Origin: Amphiscolops sp. MND2022
Taxonomy: Eukaryota
Direction: 5' to 3'
Length of the DNA stretch: 64,000 nucleotides
Assembly (NCBI GenBank): GCA_964187785.1
Contig: OZ076409.1
Span: 53,570,001-53,634,000, forward strand
Below the pieces are notes generated by a model. It was not told where the DNA came from, did not search any database, and saw only the letters and a program-made list of their open reading frames with translations. Below, one piece after another: positions 32,548-45,635 of the stretch (positions are counted from its first letter, which is position 1; every line of letters starts with the position of its first letter). The position numbers and the translations under genes are program-made.

Positions 32548-34455
32548 TGTCACAGCCCCGCCTGAGCTGCGAGTATTGCAACAAACGCAACCCAGTCTTC
32601 GAAGAATAAATTGGGAAAAGAACAAAAGAAGAGGAAATAGACAGCGGACAAACAATCAGAAACAAAGGAGTTAAACAATATAAATTTGAAGTTAAATAAT
32701 TAAATATATGCATATTAGTATTATTATCATAATAATGTACACTTATATAAATACGTACTTACGGAATAACGGAGCTATTTGTGCAGTTAATAATAATATA
32801 ATACTATGTAATAATAATAATCGAATTGCACCGCTCAGTGAACGAACTGAGAAATTGAAGGCGGAACTGAGGCCTGGCAGCCGGCCTCAAATACTCGCAC
32901 TAAAGCGGCGGCCTGGCAGGCAGCCTGAGAATTGTAAACTCAGCAAACTAATATGCAAGTGCGCGCTATAGTGAATACATGTAAATGAACTAATGTCTAG
33001 TGCAGTGATTTATTAACAATACGAGTGCAAATATACCATCAATTGAGATTTCTGTGCTAACTTAATAGAACATCACGTACCGCGGCCTGGGATGCGGCCT
33101 GAGAATTACATACGATAAATCAATCACGGAAGTGAAAGATGATGATGCTATCATGTAACTTTGTCTCGAAATGAATCTAGAGAATATTATCTATGATCTT
33201 AAACTATATCGTCGTTTAAAATATCGCATATAACGTTCTTTTACATGTAAATATTGATTAATCTGTAAACAGGCCTGAACCGCAGCCTGGACCAAAGATT
33301 TAACACCGAATATCAAACCAAGTGTTAATAACATGTATATCCTGTTCCCTGAATCTGTTGCCGTTTAATTGCATTAAATACCTTCCTGAACAATGTATCT
33401 GATGCTGTTTATAATTAATAGTTGCTTTACTCATTGAACAAATTTGTCCGTCCCGGACCATGGCCTGGGACCAGGCTTCGTGATCTTAACCAAAAATCAG
33501 AGCCGTAAATACTGTAGAAACAATTCTACTCTTTCATTTAAAACCTAATGTGTGCTTTGTGTTAAATTTCATCCGAATTGTTGCTGATTTATTTAATTTA
33601 GAGGAATATTTGTAAACGAAAATTGGTTGTCATTATTTTTTCCCAAATTTGTGCAGTTAATCAATCTCATTCAATGACTCATTGCGCGTGTCTTTGATAG
33701 TTTTTTCAGTTCGGCGTCCTGAAGAGGCGGGAAGTTGGAGGCGAAGGGAAGCGGAGTCGCAACTCAGACCGGAAGTGGACGCGTGTTTTCTTCGGAAAGC
33801 ATGAACAAACTGAAAGCCTGAGTTCGACAAAGCGGAACTGAACTTCCTGTTTCCCTGCCTCGGATGGACGCCGGACTGAACAAAATGTGAAGTATGTTCG
33901 CGTCTTTTCCCCGCTTTCCGGGATGGAAAGTATAAATACAATGGGAGCTAAAAGCCATTTTAGTTGAATTTTGTTATTTTGCGAAACAATTATTTTTCGT
34001 TTAACGATAATTAAAAATCTTGAAACGTCACACTTTGTCACTTGAGAACTTGCTCTAATTTCCTTAAAAAGAAAATCGAGAATTATCAAGCCTAAGTAAG
34101 ATGCCAGAACGTAGCTCCAAAAGAAAAGCCAGAAGAGATTCCCCTGTGAACTCTTTAGACGAACCTGAGTCTTCTAGCATGAGAACTGAAAACGCTGCTA
34201 GTTTGTCCGATAGAGATTTTACGGAATTATCTGAAAAGATAGAAAAATCTGTAAGTAAAAGAATCAAAGACGCAGAAGTCGGACAGCGCGAGATTCTGAA
34301 GATGATAGAGAACCTGACTTCTAAAATCGATACACTGACAGAAAGACCGCCTAACAACGTGCGTCATGATCCCGGTGACGAGGACGCAGAAAACACGGAT
34401 TATAGATATAGACTAGTTGAACCAAGTGATTTGCTCCCGAATCACGGTCAACACA
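32548..34455 (+). repeat. 5' LTR of element C (1908 bp)
   Basis: TGTCACAGCC...GGTCAACACA; direct repeat of 46159-48042 with scattered substitutions and a few short indels. Confidence 0.95.
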
Positions 34456-34468
34456 TGGTGACAGGAGT
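34456..34468 (+). other. Primer binding site of element C
   Basis: TGGTGACAGGAGT abuts the LTR-terminal CA. The primer tRNA cannot be determined; it resembles Leu-type PBS with a mismatch. Confidence 0.8.
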
Positions 34469-35578
34469 TACCACAACCCAGGACATACCCACCCGATCAT
34501 CAAGTCTACCCCCGCCCAACATGAGATATCCAGACGATATCGTGGACAAATTGCTCGAATTCCTGAAGAATGCCACACAACAGAGCGCGGGACTGCCCAG
34601 ACTCCCGAAGGCACTCTCAACAACCATGCCCACATTCGATGGCCGCAATGACAAATTCGAGCACTTCGAGGACCTGTTTATGACGAGCCTCAAAGTATAT
34701 CCAAATATCTCAGAGGAAGAGCAAATTCACTACTTCCACTCCCTCCTGAGAGGCGATGCCCTACAGACGTATCGCAATATGACAGACGCAAACCGCGCCA
34801 GTTTAGATGACATCATTACCACATTCCGAAGACGATACGTTCGCCCACAATCTATAGCCACCGCAAGATGTAAGTGGGAACAGCTTTACTTCGACCCAAC
34901 TCGCCAAACCTTCCAAGACTTCCTGGAGCAATACCAGAAATTGGCAAAAGAGGCATATGGTGATGACGCCCCAAAGTTCATAGAAACCTCATTCTATGCA
35001 AAAATGCCAGCGCACTTAAAACGAGTCCTTAACCAGGCAAGACTAGAGACAGAATCGTACGAACTGATGGTCCAACACCTGGAACGTGAAATGGAGTTAA
35101 ACGGACTCCTGGCCCCAAGCGAAACCAACATAACAGGAGTACACCAAATCGATGTACAAGATGCCCCACAACAAACCGCCAATCCACCCAAACCAGCAGG
35201 CCCGTGTTTCGGATGTGACAACCCAGGCCATGTAATAAAGAACTGCCGGAAAACTGCTTGAGAAGCCCGCAACCGAGGCAATAGGGCACCGACTAAAATA
35301 ACGAACCCATGTGAAACCTGCGGCAAAAAGAGCCATACGACACAGGAATATTATTCTGGCGCCAACTGGGCAAACAGACCCCAATGGTGGAAGACCCCTA
35401 AAGCAACTTCACCGAATAACATCCCGCTGCCACAGAATACACAAGGTCAGTACCCCCCAGACAACACACCAGTACATCAACACTCATATAACAACCAAAC
35501 AAATAGCCAAACGAGCTACCAACCCATGCTCCCGCAGACCACTCAACCTCAAAACCAAACCCAGAAGCTCAGCCAATC

Positions 35579-35585
35579 AAAAAAC
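35579..35585 (+). promoter_or_regulatory. -1 ribosomal frameshift slippery heptamer A AAA AAC (gag to pol)
   Basis: Correctly phased to gag and directly before the gag stop. The -1 frame is the 35591 ORF. The same motif occurs in element B at 19455-19461. Confidence 0.85.
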
Positions 35586-38500
35586 TAAATATGCCACATC
35601 TTCGATTTGGGGACACTGTCGAAACCCGACAGTACACAACATCCGAACCCCCAAATTCCTATGACCACGAAAGGAACACCGAGCGACATGAAGAACCATC
35701 TCTCGACTGGCAGCGAAGATGGCAGATTCACAAGCTCAACAAATATAATCGCCAAAACACTGCAAAGAAAGACTATCCTCAGTGGTATCTTGACAACCCG
35801 ACTGCTTACAATACTCCTAAACGACCCCTACCAGAAAGCACTTCCACTGAAACCTACTTCCACGACTCTGACTTCAACTGCGACCCATACTACAACCCTC
35901 AACTGTATGACAAGACGACCCTAACGTTCAAACAGCAGGAGTGCACGCCATTTGAAGAGTACATCAGAAAAACAGGGATGAATATTTCCACCGAACCACG
36001 TCACAGGTCCAAAACCGTCCAACCTATCCCAGACTACAACCAGGACGCCGAACACGTGACAGAAATCTTAGTTGATATCTCACAGAACAACGTCAAAACT
36101 ATACTCAAGAACCAGAGATCCTATAACACGGCTCCCCATTCTCCACCAAAAGATCAGCCAATAAACCCTATCAGAGCCGGTATCATAGGATCCCCAACAA
36201 TGGACGTGGCACCAGATAGCCACCAACATAGAAACATCACCGACAGGACCACGATCGAAGCCGTGGACCTGGCCCCACCTACACCCAATTCGGAGACAAA
36301 CATCTCCAAACCAAAAACCAAACGAATAAAGAGATCTCTTCTCCTAGAACCCTCCGTTCAATACGAGACACAGTTCTCACCCACTATCCTCAATAGTCAG
36401 CTAGAAGATGAAATCGACACCGATCGACACATCATAGCTGACGCAACCAACATGTAGTCTGAATTCCCATCAGGTGCTGCAAACGGCACACCGCAACAGG
36501 ACGTTCCCAAGTCCTACCTCCCTGACCAGACTGCAGAATAACAGAGGAACAACAAAAGTCCAGTCAGAGAAATCAACGCGCCCACCTCTTTCTCCAGTAG
36601 GCAGACCGAAAACGAAGTCGAGGACCCTCGACCCCTCAACCCTGCCGCAACTAATACACAATCTGGATCCCCCACCGGTGTTGTAAATGACACACCACCC
36701 CAGGACGAACCCCAGTCCTACCCCCTGGCCCAGATTGCGGAATACCTCACGAGAGACCCCATAACAAAAGAAGAGTGCATACCAATCTTTTCAGCAGTAT
36801 CCCTCAAAAAGAAGAAGAAAATGCTCTTCGCCCCCATGGACTTCCAGGACTTGACCCTGGACGCCCTTATTGACTCTGGCGCCCTTGTAAACTGCATCTC
36901 CGAAACCGATTACAATAAAATCCTCCAAATGTCCCCCAAAGACATAGTTAAAGAGTTGGAACCGCCCCCGTTCAAACTCCAAGTCGCAAATGGCGACATT
37001 GAAACACCCACCAAAACAATCATCCTCCAATTCGAAATCGGAGCCTGGAATTTTAAGGAAACATTTATCGTGGCCAAACGACTGACAGGCCCAATACTTG
37101 GCCTCACGTTCCTTAAAAATAACAGCGCCATCCTGGACGTGAGCCAGGGCCTGCTACACTTCCCCCACCTCACATATTCAATCGAAACCGACGAATATAC
37201 CCGTAACAGGAAACTGTACAAAGTACAAATAAAGAATCCACTCACTATTCCCCCTGAAACGACACAAACAATAACAGGCTCCACAGATATCCCATCCAGC
37301 GTCGACACAACCGGTGTCATCAACCCAGCCACCAACCACTGCAGTGGCGACCCCCTCGTGGTAGCCAGTTCAATCTCAACAGCCTCAAACCGAAAAATTG
37401 ACATCAGAGTAACAAATACCACCCCTACACCCTATACCATCAAACGAAACACAACAATAGCAGAATTCGAAATCCTGTCCCCCGAAGAGGCAAAAGAACT
37501 CAAACCACTCAACACAGCAGCACTCAATGTGCTCGCCGAAGACGACTCCGAAGATGCGATGGTGTACATCAACGAGCTCCTGAAAACCTCAGAAAAACCA
37601 TCTCACAATCAAAACTTTTGGTTTCCCACACCAGACCACCCCGGAGACCCCGCTACCCACACCCCGATTCAGAACCGATTTCTCCGAGAAATCAAAGAAC
37701 TGGAAGAAATCCAGAAACTCGACCCAAACAACAGCGAAGAGGAACGAAAAACATTCCTCCAAAGCTTCAAAAGGGACGATTCACAACTCTCAGAAGATGA
37801 CAAGAAAGACATCGAAGAAATACTCATAGAGTTCAACGATATCTTTGCAAGACTTCGACTAGACATTGGAATCAACCATGATTTCAAAATCAAACTCACA
37901 CCGAAAACAGACGACCCCGTCGACTCACAGAGTTTGCCCTGCCCCATTAACCTGAAAGAAGATCTGACGGTCGAATTGGCCACAATGCATTACTTCGGGA
38001 TTATAACCACGCTCCCGTTCAGCAAGCGTATGCCAGCCCCATTTTCGCCCAACGGAAGCCAAATGGCCTCCTGCGCCTACTAGTCGACCTCAGAAAAATC
38101 AACAATCTGATATCTGATGATTACATTAACAACAATCATCCAGTGAGCACACTAACAGACGCGGCGCAACACCTCGCAGGTAAGAAGTTGTTTTGCAAGC
38201 TTGATTGTTCACAAGCCTACCACGTGCTGCCAATGGCAGACCAGAAGTCCGTTCAACTTCTAGCATTCAACTTCGCCAGCAGGACATTCGCGTACCTCAG
38301 GCTAGCCCAAGGCCTGAGCCGCTCATTGTCGTCCTTTTCAAGTTTCATGTGGGAATACCTCGACAAGGCCATAAAGGCGGACAAATGCGCTCAGTACGTG
38401 CATGACATTGGAATCGCCACCAACACTCCCGAGGAGTTAAAGAACAACTTGAGAGAGGTTTTCCAATGCATCCGCGCAGCAGGACTCCGGCTCTCCATGG

Positions 38501-41351
38501 CCAAATGTCAGTTCGGCGCCAAGGAAGTCGAATTCCTTGGGCGAACAATTTCCCCAGCAGGGGTGGCACCCCAAAGCCACAAGATCCAGAAACACCTTCA
38601 GACCATCAAATTTCCCCGAACGAAGAAGGGACTTCAAAGATACATCGGCTTTGTAAACTACTACAGAAACTACATTCCCAGATTATCAGAGAAGATCGCC
38701 CCATTTCATGAACTCATCAAATCAGACAAGCCAGTAAAGATAGATCAGGAACTCATATCCAATTTCGAAGCTATAAACAAATCATTAGACAACGCATGCG
38801 GCCTTTGGCTCAAACAGCCACTGCCAAACCGGCAGTACGTACTAATGACAGACGCAAGCTTCAGGAATGCCGGATATGCCTTGATGACTGAAGAAGACCC
38901 GGAGCAAAAGATCACCTCCACCAGGAAAACTTACGCTCCAGTGGCATTTGGCTCTAAAACTTTTTCACCATCCCAGTTGAAAATGTCAATCTATGCCAAA
39001 GAATTTTTAGCCATCTATTTCGCTTTTATGGAATATAGTCACATCTTGTGGGGTTCATCCAAACCGACCATTGTCTTAACCGACAATAAATCAGTCACCA
39101 GGTTTTCCAAACCAAGATGATACCACCCTCCTTCTGGAATGCCTGCGATTTTGTACTGCAATTTCACTTTAAAATCGCCCATGTTCCGGGAAGGATGAAT
39201 ACAGCAGCCGATTTCCTCTCCCGATTAGACATTAGCCCCAAAGAAAAAGTCCTTCTCCAAATCAGAGAAGACATTCAAACAACGCCGATCCAGGTAAACA
39301 TACAATCCTCCGACATCCATGAAGAAGATCAGTTCTATTTTTTACCAGAGGACGACACTGAGACCGAAGAAGACATTTGGGAGCGCAAACAACAAGCCAG
39401 AAAACAGATCTACACACCCCATGAACAGAACTCCGACCCCAAGAGTGAAACTGCCCAAACCATCTCCCAACCCGAGAACCTACCCTTGGTCTGCAATAAC
39501 ATCCAAGACCCAGAGCAAGAACAGCGGCGCCAACTCCACAGTGACACAAGCTTCCCGCGCAGTCTGAGACCGTACCAAGACCAGTACCCCGTCCTCAGAA
39601 ACCTCAAACTGAAAATCCTAAAAGAACCGTACGACACCCAACTTCTGAACGACGACCCCAGAGCGGCCAAATACCTCACACAAGATGACCGCATCATCAT
39701 AAAAGATGGACTCCTGTATCGACAATATTTTGGCGATACATGGAAAGTCAAGTACTTGCAAGTACTACTGCCCTATCAACTGGTTGATGAATTCATACAA
39801 CACCATCATGGCAAATTCGGGAAACATCCAGGTATAGCTAAAACCATCCAGTAATGCCGCGAAAAGTACTACTTCCCGGGGCTAGCCGCCCGAATAGCCA
39901 CCCACATTGCACAATGACCAGAATGCGCTCAGACGAAAAAGATACCAAATGCCAACATTACACCCCCGCTCATCGACATGTCCAAAATAGCAATGGGCCC
40001 AGAAGACGCACGACAAATGGACATCGTCCCCTTCGACGACCCTTCGGGAGGATACACTGCAGTCATCACAGCGATGGATGTATTCTCCCGTTTTCTATTC
40101 GCGTATAGCGTCGCAAGAAACGACACCAAGACTGTCACCCGGGTCCTTACAGATATCATCACAAGACACTGCTATCTTCCCACAACGATAATCACGGACA
40201 AAGGATCCCAGTTCATATCGGAGGCAATGCAACAAACAACAGCTATTCTCGGAATCCAACTGAAACATGGCACCACCAAACATGCACAGACGATAGGCAT
40301 CCTAGAAAGGACACACGCCTCGCTCAAAGAAAGCCTAAAAATCATGACGGGAGAGAGGCGAACGATGTGGCACCAATTCTTACCAATGGCAGTCTTAAAT
40401 TACAATACTTCCTACCACACATCACTAGGCTGCGAACCCAGCCGAGTTTTCCATGGAAGAGTGCCATACAACGTACTTAACTTGAAGTACGGCCTTAAAC
40501 CCCAGGCCACTGCCCCAACCAACCACGAAATAGCTGAGGGAGTGTTACAACAAACACAAGAAATCCTCAACCAGAGCCAACAAGCCCTGATGCAAGCCTA
40601 CGTCCGACATAAGCGTTATTATGACCGGAAAGCATCAGCACACCCCTTGGTAGTAAACGCTTACTGCTATGCTTTGCATCCAAAGGCGCATAGCCAAGCG
40701 ACGAAATTGTCGTTTCGGGAATACCTTTGGACGGGACCATATATCGTGGTCAAAACCCTACCCAACAACAACTATCTTATACGCAAACTCCAGACCAATT
40801 TCACACAGATCCTGCACAGAATCAGGCTACGCCCCTTCGCAAGCAGCCACAAACTGCCTGACATTACAGTCCCACCCAAGGACTTCCAGCAGGATACAGA
40901 GGTAGCCATACAGCACGACGACCTCTTCGCAATGGCGTGGGAAGAACTTTACAAAGAATGCCCTAACCAACCCGAAAACAAACAATTACCCGAACCTGAA
41001 GTGATCCAACCAACCACAGAAACAGTCAATGACCCCGGCCCCACAAGCCCTAACCTAGTATACGACCCCGAAATCATTCCTAACCACCCAAGTGACCAGA
41101 CACAGGACCCACTAATCGATACCAATGATGAACCCGAAAATAATACACCCGCACCTCAACCCCCCCGGAAATCCCACTACAACCTTCGAAAAAACCCGAC
41201 GTCAAATTGGAAACCAGAATATGCCTATTACAATGCCCTAACAGCCAATTCAACAAACTTGGCATATTCTTCCGACGGACTGGACAACGGCCCACAATTA
41301 CAGGTTTTGGCGGACCTCGGCCCAGACGGCAGTCCGAGATCAGAAAATTAA
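35579..41351 (+). pseudogene. Element C pol (PR, dUTPase-like spacer, RT, RH, IN) with several stops and frameshifts
   Basis: LIDSGA; KLDCSQAY; YVHD (mutated YVDD); MTDAS; HHHGKFGKHPG; QMD, TDKG, ERTH; WTGPY; HYNLRKNP. Confidence 0.93.
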
Positions 41352-41656
41352 TCAGGCACAGGCACTGGCCTGGACCGCAATCCTATGACCTGACTTCAAA
41401 TCTCTTCAAATTGCAATGGCTTTCACTCACTCTACTGTTTTCCTCGACTTGGATGAAAACAATTCAGAGGCTAAACGCTAAATTGACAAGCCCTATACTC
41501 AATTGAGCTTTTCTATTTTACCCCCCTACACCAGGAGCATTACTCTTCAATTCTTTTGATGATTGAAAGGAACCGACATGCGGAACCCCAGGAATAACAA
41601 GAGAACAATAATGGGTTCAACAAAATAGTAAATACAAAATAAATACAATCAAAAGT

Positions 41657-44600
41657 TCAGCAAGATTTCCCGTGCTTCTGACTCTTCTTACTCCCTTTCT
41701 GACTTTGAGAAGACGTCCCAGGAACATCGGATCCACTCTCAGCAACAGCAGCGGACGAGGCGCCATCAGCAACAATGGAACCAGAACATCCTCGACGAGA
41801 CGACTGACCTGACGTCCGTATCCTCCACTCCTCAACTTGTCCATTATAGTATGCAGTATAACAGCCAAACAGGCTGGCAAAAATCTCCTCACTGGAATGG
41901 AGACTGACCCCAGCCCAAGAATCAAATGAACTGCGCGCTAAAAATTGATGTCCAACGGGCAAGTTAGTTTTCAATTCAGCGAGACACTCCACAGTCAACA
42001 AATCGTTCGACATAAATTTCGGATGAACCACGAATGACTGAACTGCATACAGACCGGAACGGATAACAGAAGGAGGCAATTGAGTCCCACTGAATGAAAT
42101 ATCGACCGGAGGCATGGGCTCAGGAGCTGGACACACAACAACACGAACCAAACGAACGACTTCTTTCACATGTATCCGACACTGGTAGCTATGCACAGAC
42201 TCCAAATACTCAAACACATCAACAATCTGCGATGAATCTGCTGATAACTGACGAAGATCCACTACTAGTGACTTAAACTCATTCACCGACGACTCGCGAT
42301 CCACATTATCAAGGTAGCCAGCTTCTTGAAGGCATGTAACCAGTTCTTGAAATAATTCCACTACATAATCAGCATCGCCACCCAAGAGCATGTCCACGCT
42401 AAGACAACTAAGGGAACGAGCGACCCGAGAACTGGCATAGGCAGAAGACCCCAACTGCTTCAACAATTCCAACAAATAGCTCTGGCATTCGCGAAGGAAG
42501 GCCCGCCGGGGAGTGTCCTCGAAACCCCGCAATGCCTTTAGAACACTTGGCTCACCTTGCAAGCACTCACCAACAGCACGTTGGCCCAACTGTTCAAAGG
42601 TTTACCCATGTACTTGGACCAATCGTCGATCGAGGGCAACTGGCTCACCTTCTTGACCTTACTTAAAAGGCTCCAATAGAAGAAGCAAAAGTCGGAATAG
42701 TTCCTACAGGCATAATCCTTTGCACCAGAGTCAAACAGCCTCTTGAAGTTGGCGCCAAAGCACAGCAACACCACATGTAATAGCGACAAGCGAGGAGACC
42801 CAAGCGATCAGAACAAAGCAAGGAATCTAGGTCCACAACATTCGCAACCTTCTTCATCACGAAAACGTCATTTGACAAACTGAGCTTCACATCAGGCCAG
42901 TGATCCTACACTTCTTGCAGCACATCACACAATGTGGAGGGCACGACTCCAGTTTCCAGGCACATGCGGAACTTGGGCAGATCCAGCAACCACGCCTGAT
43001 GGCGGATCCTAATGAGACGGTGTGCTAGGTAATCTAGAGTAGCAAAAGGATCGACTGCACCCACACACGCCAAGCTGGATTCACCTACAAGTCGACGCAA
43101 TACATCTCCAGTAAACGAAATAGCCACGCTAGGAGAAGGCCGACCCACTGAGCGACACCAGTCCACATAGGCGTTAAAAAGCACAGGAGAGCAACCCAGA
43201 ATAGCAGCGGGCCCCCGCCGAGTAGAGACTAGCGACAGAGCACGGGCCAGACACTGTACCTCCGCCCCACAAGCTACATCCCTCGGATCTTCATCCACAA
43301 GGTGCACTTCACGCAAAGAGTCACTGGGGCAGCAACGGACGATGCACTTCACACCGGAGTAAGAACTATGCAACGCCAAACTGAATGGGCCGTCCCCAAG
43401 CGATGACTTTACACGACGTAACACCCGAGGATAGAGGGTCTGAACAAGGACGACCAACGTTTCTGTCTTGCTCCAGGTCACTGAAGCATAGGGACTTTCC
43501 ACAGGCAGGGTCGTTCGGAACTGATTCCAAATACGACGGAGAAACACCTGTGACCCACCACTCCGCAGCAATTCGAACAGGCAGCCTACAAGGGTAGTCG
43601 GAGGCACGTTGGATGGAACACCGACCAGCGCGTCAACTTCGTCCTCCAAAAACTTGTTCATCTTGCCCAAAACCACAGGCGGAGTCTGCTCAATTTCAGC
43701 ACGCTGTTCCACCGTCAATTCGGCAACGGGAATGGCATCAAATTTCTCAGTAAAGGTCATCTCCTCATGATCGTAGCGATAACGGCGATCCTTGGCATAG
43801 TGTCCTTTACACTTAAAGTGTCTCCAGATACCCCGTGGCTCACGTGATAAAAAGGACAAGTCCTTTTGACAGATCGAACAATTGAAACCGTTCGGCCCTT
43901 TGTCGCTCCTCCGACTCACAAACAACTTCGGGATTGGGTGATTGCTCATGGCTTTGGTCAATACATGTCGCTCGGACTGCTTCTTGGCGCGCTCCTCATC
44001 TCGCGCCAGCAACTTTTCCTTTTTGGCCTCCAATGGATCCATGACCCGACCAGGGTCCTCTGAATCGATGCCCCTCGACTTCAGTAACTGTGATAACTCT
44101 TCAAATTCTAAACATCACACACCTTTACAACAACCAGAATACAAGCAGAACAGAAGAATACAGACAGAGTCGGCCAGTAATAAACAAAGCAATACAATAC
44201 AAAATACAGCCAGAAATAATAGAAATCAGATGACAGGAAAAACAATCAACAAGACACACTACTACTTACGCTTCGCCAAGGTTTTGGTCTCCTTTAACGT
44301 TTCACGGCGCTCTGCCCGGGCCGCACTCCGTGCAAGAATGACGCATTGAGCTGCCGTCATCACCATGGGGAAACCCGGAGGAACAGACTTTAGACCAACT
44401 AAAACATCACAATACACGTTAACAACCCCATTCACCAAATCAAGACACACTACATAACGGAAAATAACGAACCTACGACATAACTACAATAGGCAACACT
44501 GTACAACAGAAACTTAAAAACTGTACCTTTCTCCCACTCATTATGAACCACTGAAGGCTCGAGCCCCACAGCTGGACGGTTGTGCTGTGTCCGTGTCTGA

Positions 44601-45416
44601 CGAGAAAGACCTTCAGGCAACACCGACATCGCGTCACTTTCTGGGGCCGGCGTCCCAACTGCAGCCTCAACAGCAAACACATCACTTTCTGGATCGGAGC
44701 AATCCCCCAGACCAGGATAAGCATCGGCAACTACAACAAAAGCGAATATGAAGTATACAGAAGTGGAATGTAGACCCTACAACCACAAATGAAAACCCAA
44801 AGAAAACTTCAAAGAGACAAGAAAGAGAAAGATTACCTACTTTCAAGTGTTTTGGATGCAGAAATTGTCGCGGGTTCAAAATCTCCCCCAGAACTGTCGC
44901 CCATCATAGGAGGCTTGGGAATCGCTCCAGAAATCACGTCAGCCAAACGCACACGCTTAGAAGGCTTCGCACTACTCGTTGAAAGCACCCGACTGGACCG
45001 TGACTTCTTCTTGCTCTGCGACCTCGTAGACAAACTGGGGGCATAATCTTCGTCAAGCTCATCATCAGTCACTGTGAAAGTAGAAGTAAAAGAACGCGTT
45101 CAACAAACCCTAGAAAGGCTGGCCACCATTTAATTTCTAGAAAGCTTACCTTTCTTGTCCGCTAGGTAGTTGAGATCATGACGACCGTCACTCGTTGCTG
45201 AATGGTACAATTCCGTCTCAGCGCAGCTTTCACCGTCCTCACTCGAACTGCCTTTCTCTCCAAATCCAGGACCCACGGGCTCATCATTAGCTGCATCCCC
45301 AGCCTCTCCACTTGCACGACAGACTCTACCACAGACTCAACCTCGGCCTCGCTCTCCTTCAATCCGACGGCCCGACTTTGACTCAAGACAACATTTTCAG
45401 CTTCAGTTGAACTCAT
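41657..45416 (-). pseudogene. Spliced antisense gene in element C: zinc-finger, hAT-transposase-like protein of about 1,100 aa
   Basis: Exons 45416-45150, 45071-44841, 44730-44527, 44398-44270 and 44107-41657 join in frame across four GT-AG phase-1 introns. C2H2 motif CSICQKD...WRHFKCKGH. Lesions: frameshift near 45315, TAG at 42906-42908, frameshifts near 42790 and 42590. Confidence 0.8.
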
Positions 45417-45635
45417 TTTCAAACAATCTGAAAATAACAACCAGCATAAAATCAAAGAAGATGTGGCGTAAAGCAAGGAAATTTCTACTATCAAAAGTTA
45501 TCTACTATATAAGGAGAGTTGTTCAGTCTGCCAGCTGAACAATTCATGGAGTTGACACAAACCGTGTGAACAAATTTTCCAAGCGAAGCAAATCAGTTGT
45601 ACTAAAAATTGACTGACGCTTAGTTTACTACTACA

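Larger units (their letters stand above)
34101..35588 (+). pseudogene. Element C gag: starts inside the LTR, one premature stop at 35259-35261
   Basis: MPTFDGRNDKFEHFEDLF capsid-like region; knuckle CFGCDNPGHVIKNC. The frame continues past TGA into a second knuckle CETCGKKSHTTQEY and ends at AAA AAC TAA. Confidence 0.9.

Noticed and set aside
32510..34089. Duplicated small ORFs such as 32708-32971 and 46319-46582
   Set aside because: They recur only because they lie in the two LTRs; low-complexity AT-rich translations.
35259..35261. Programmed readthrough of the TGA in element C gag
   Set aside because: More simply a CGA-to-TGA decay mutation; this copy has several other stops and frameshifts.
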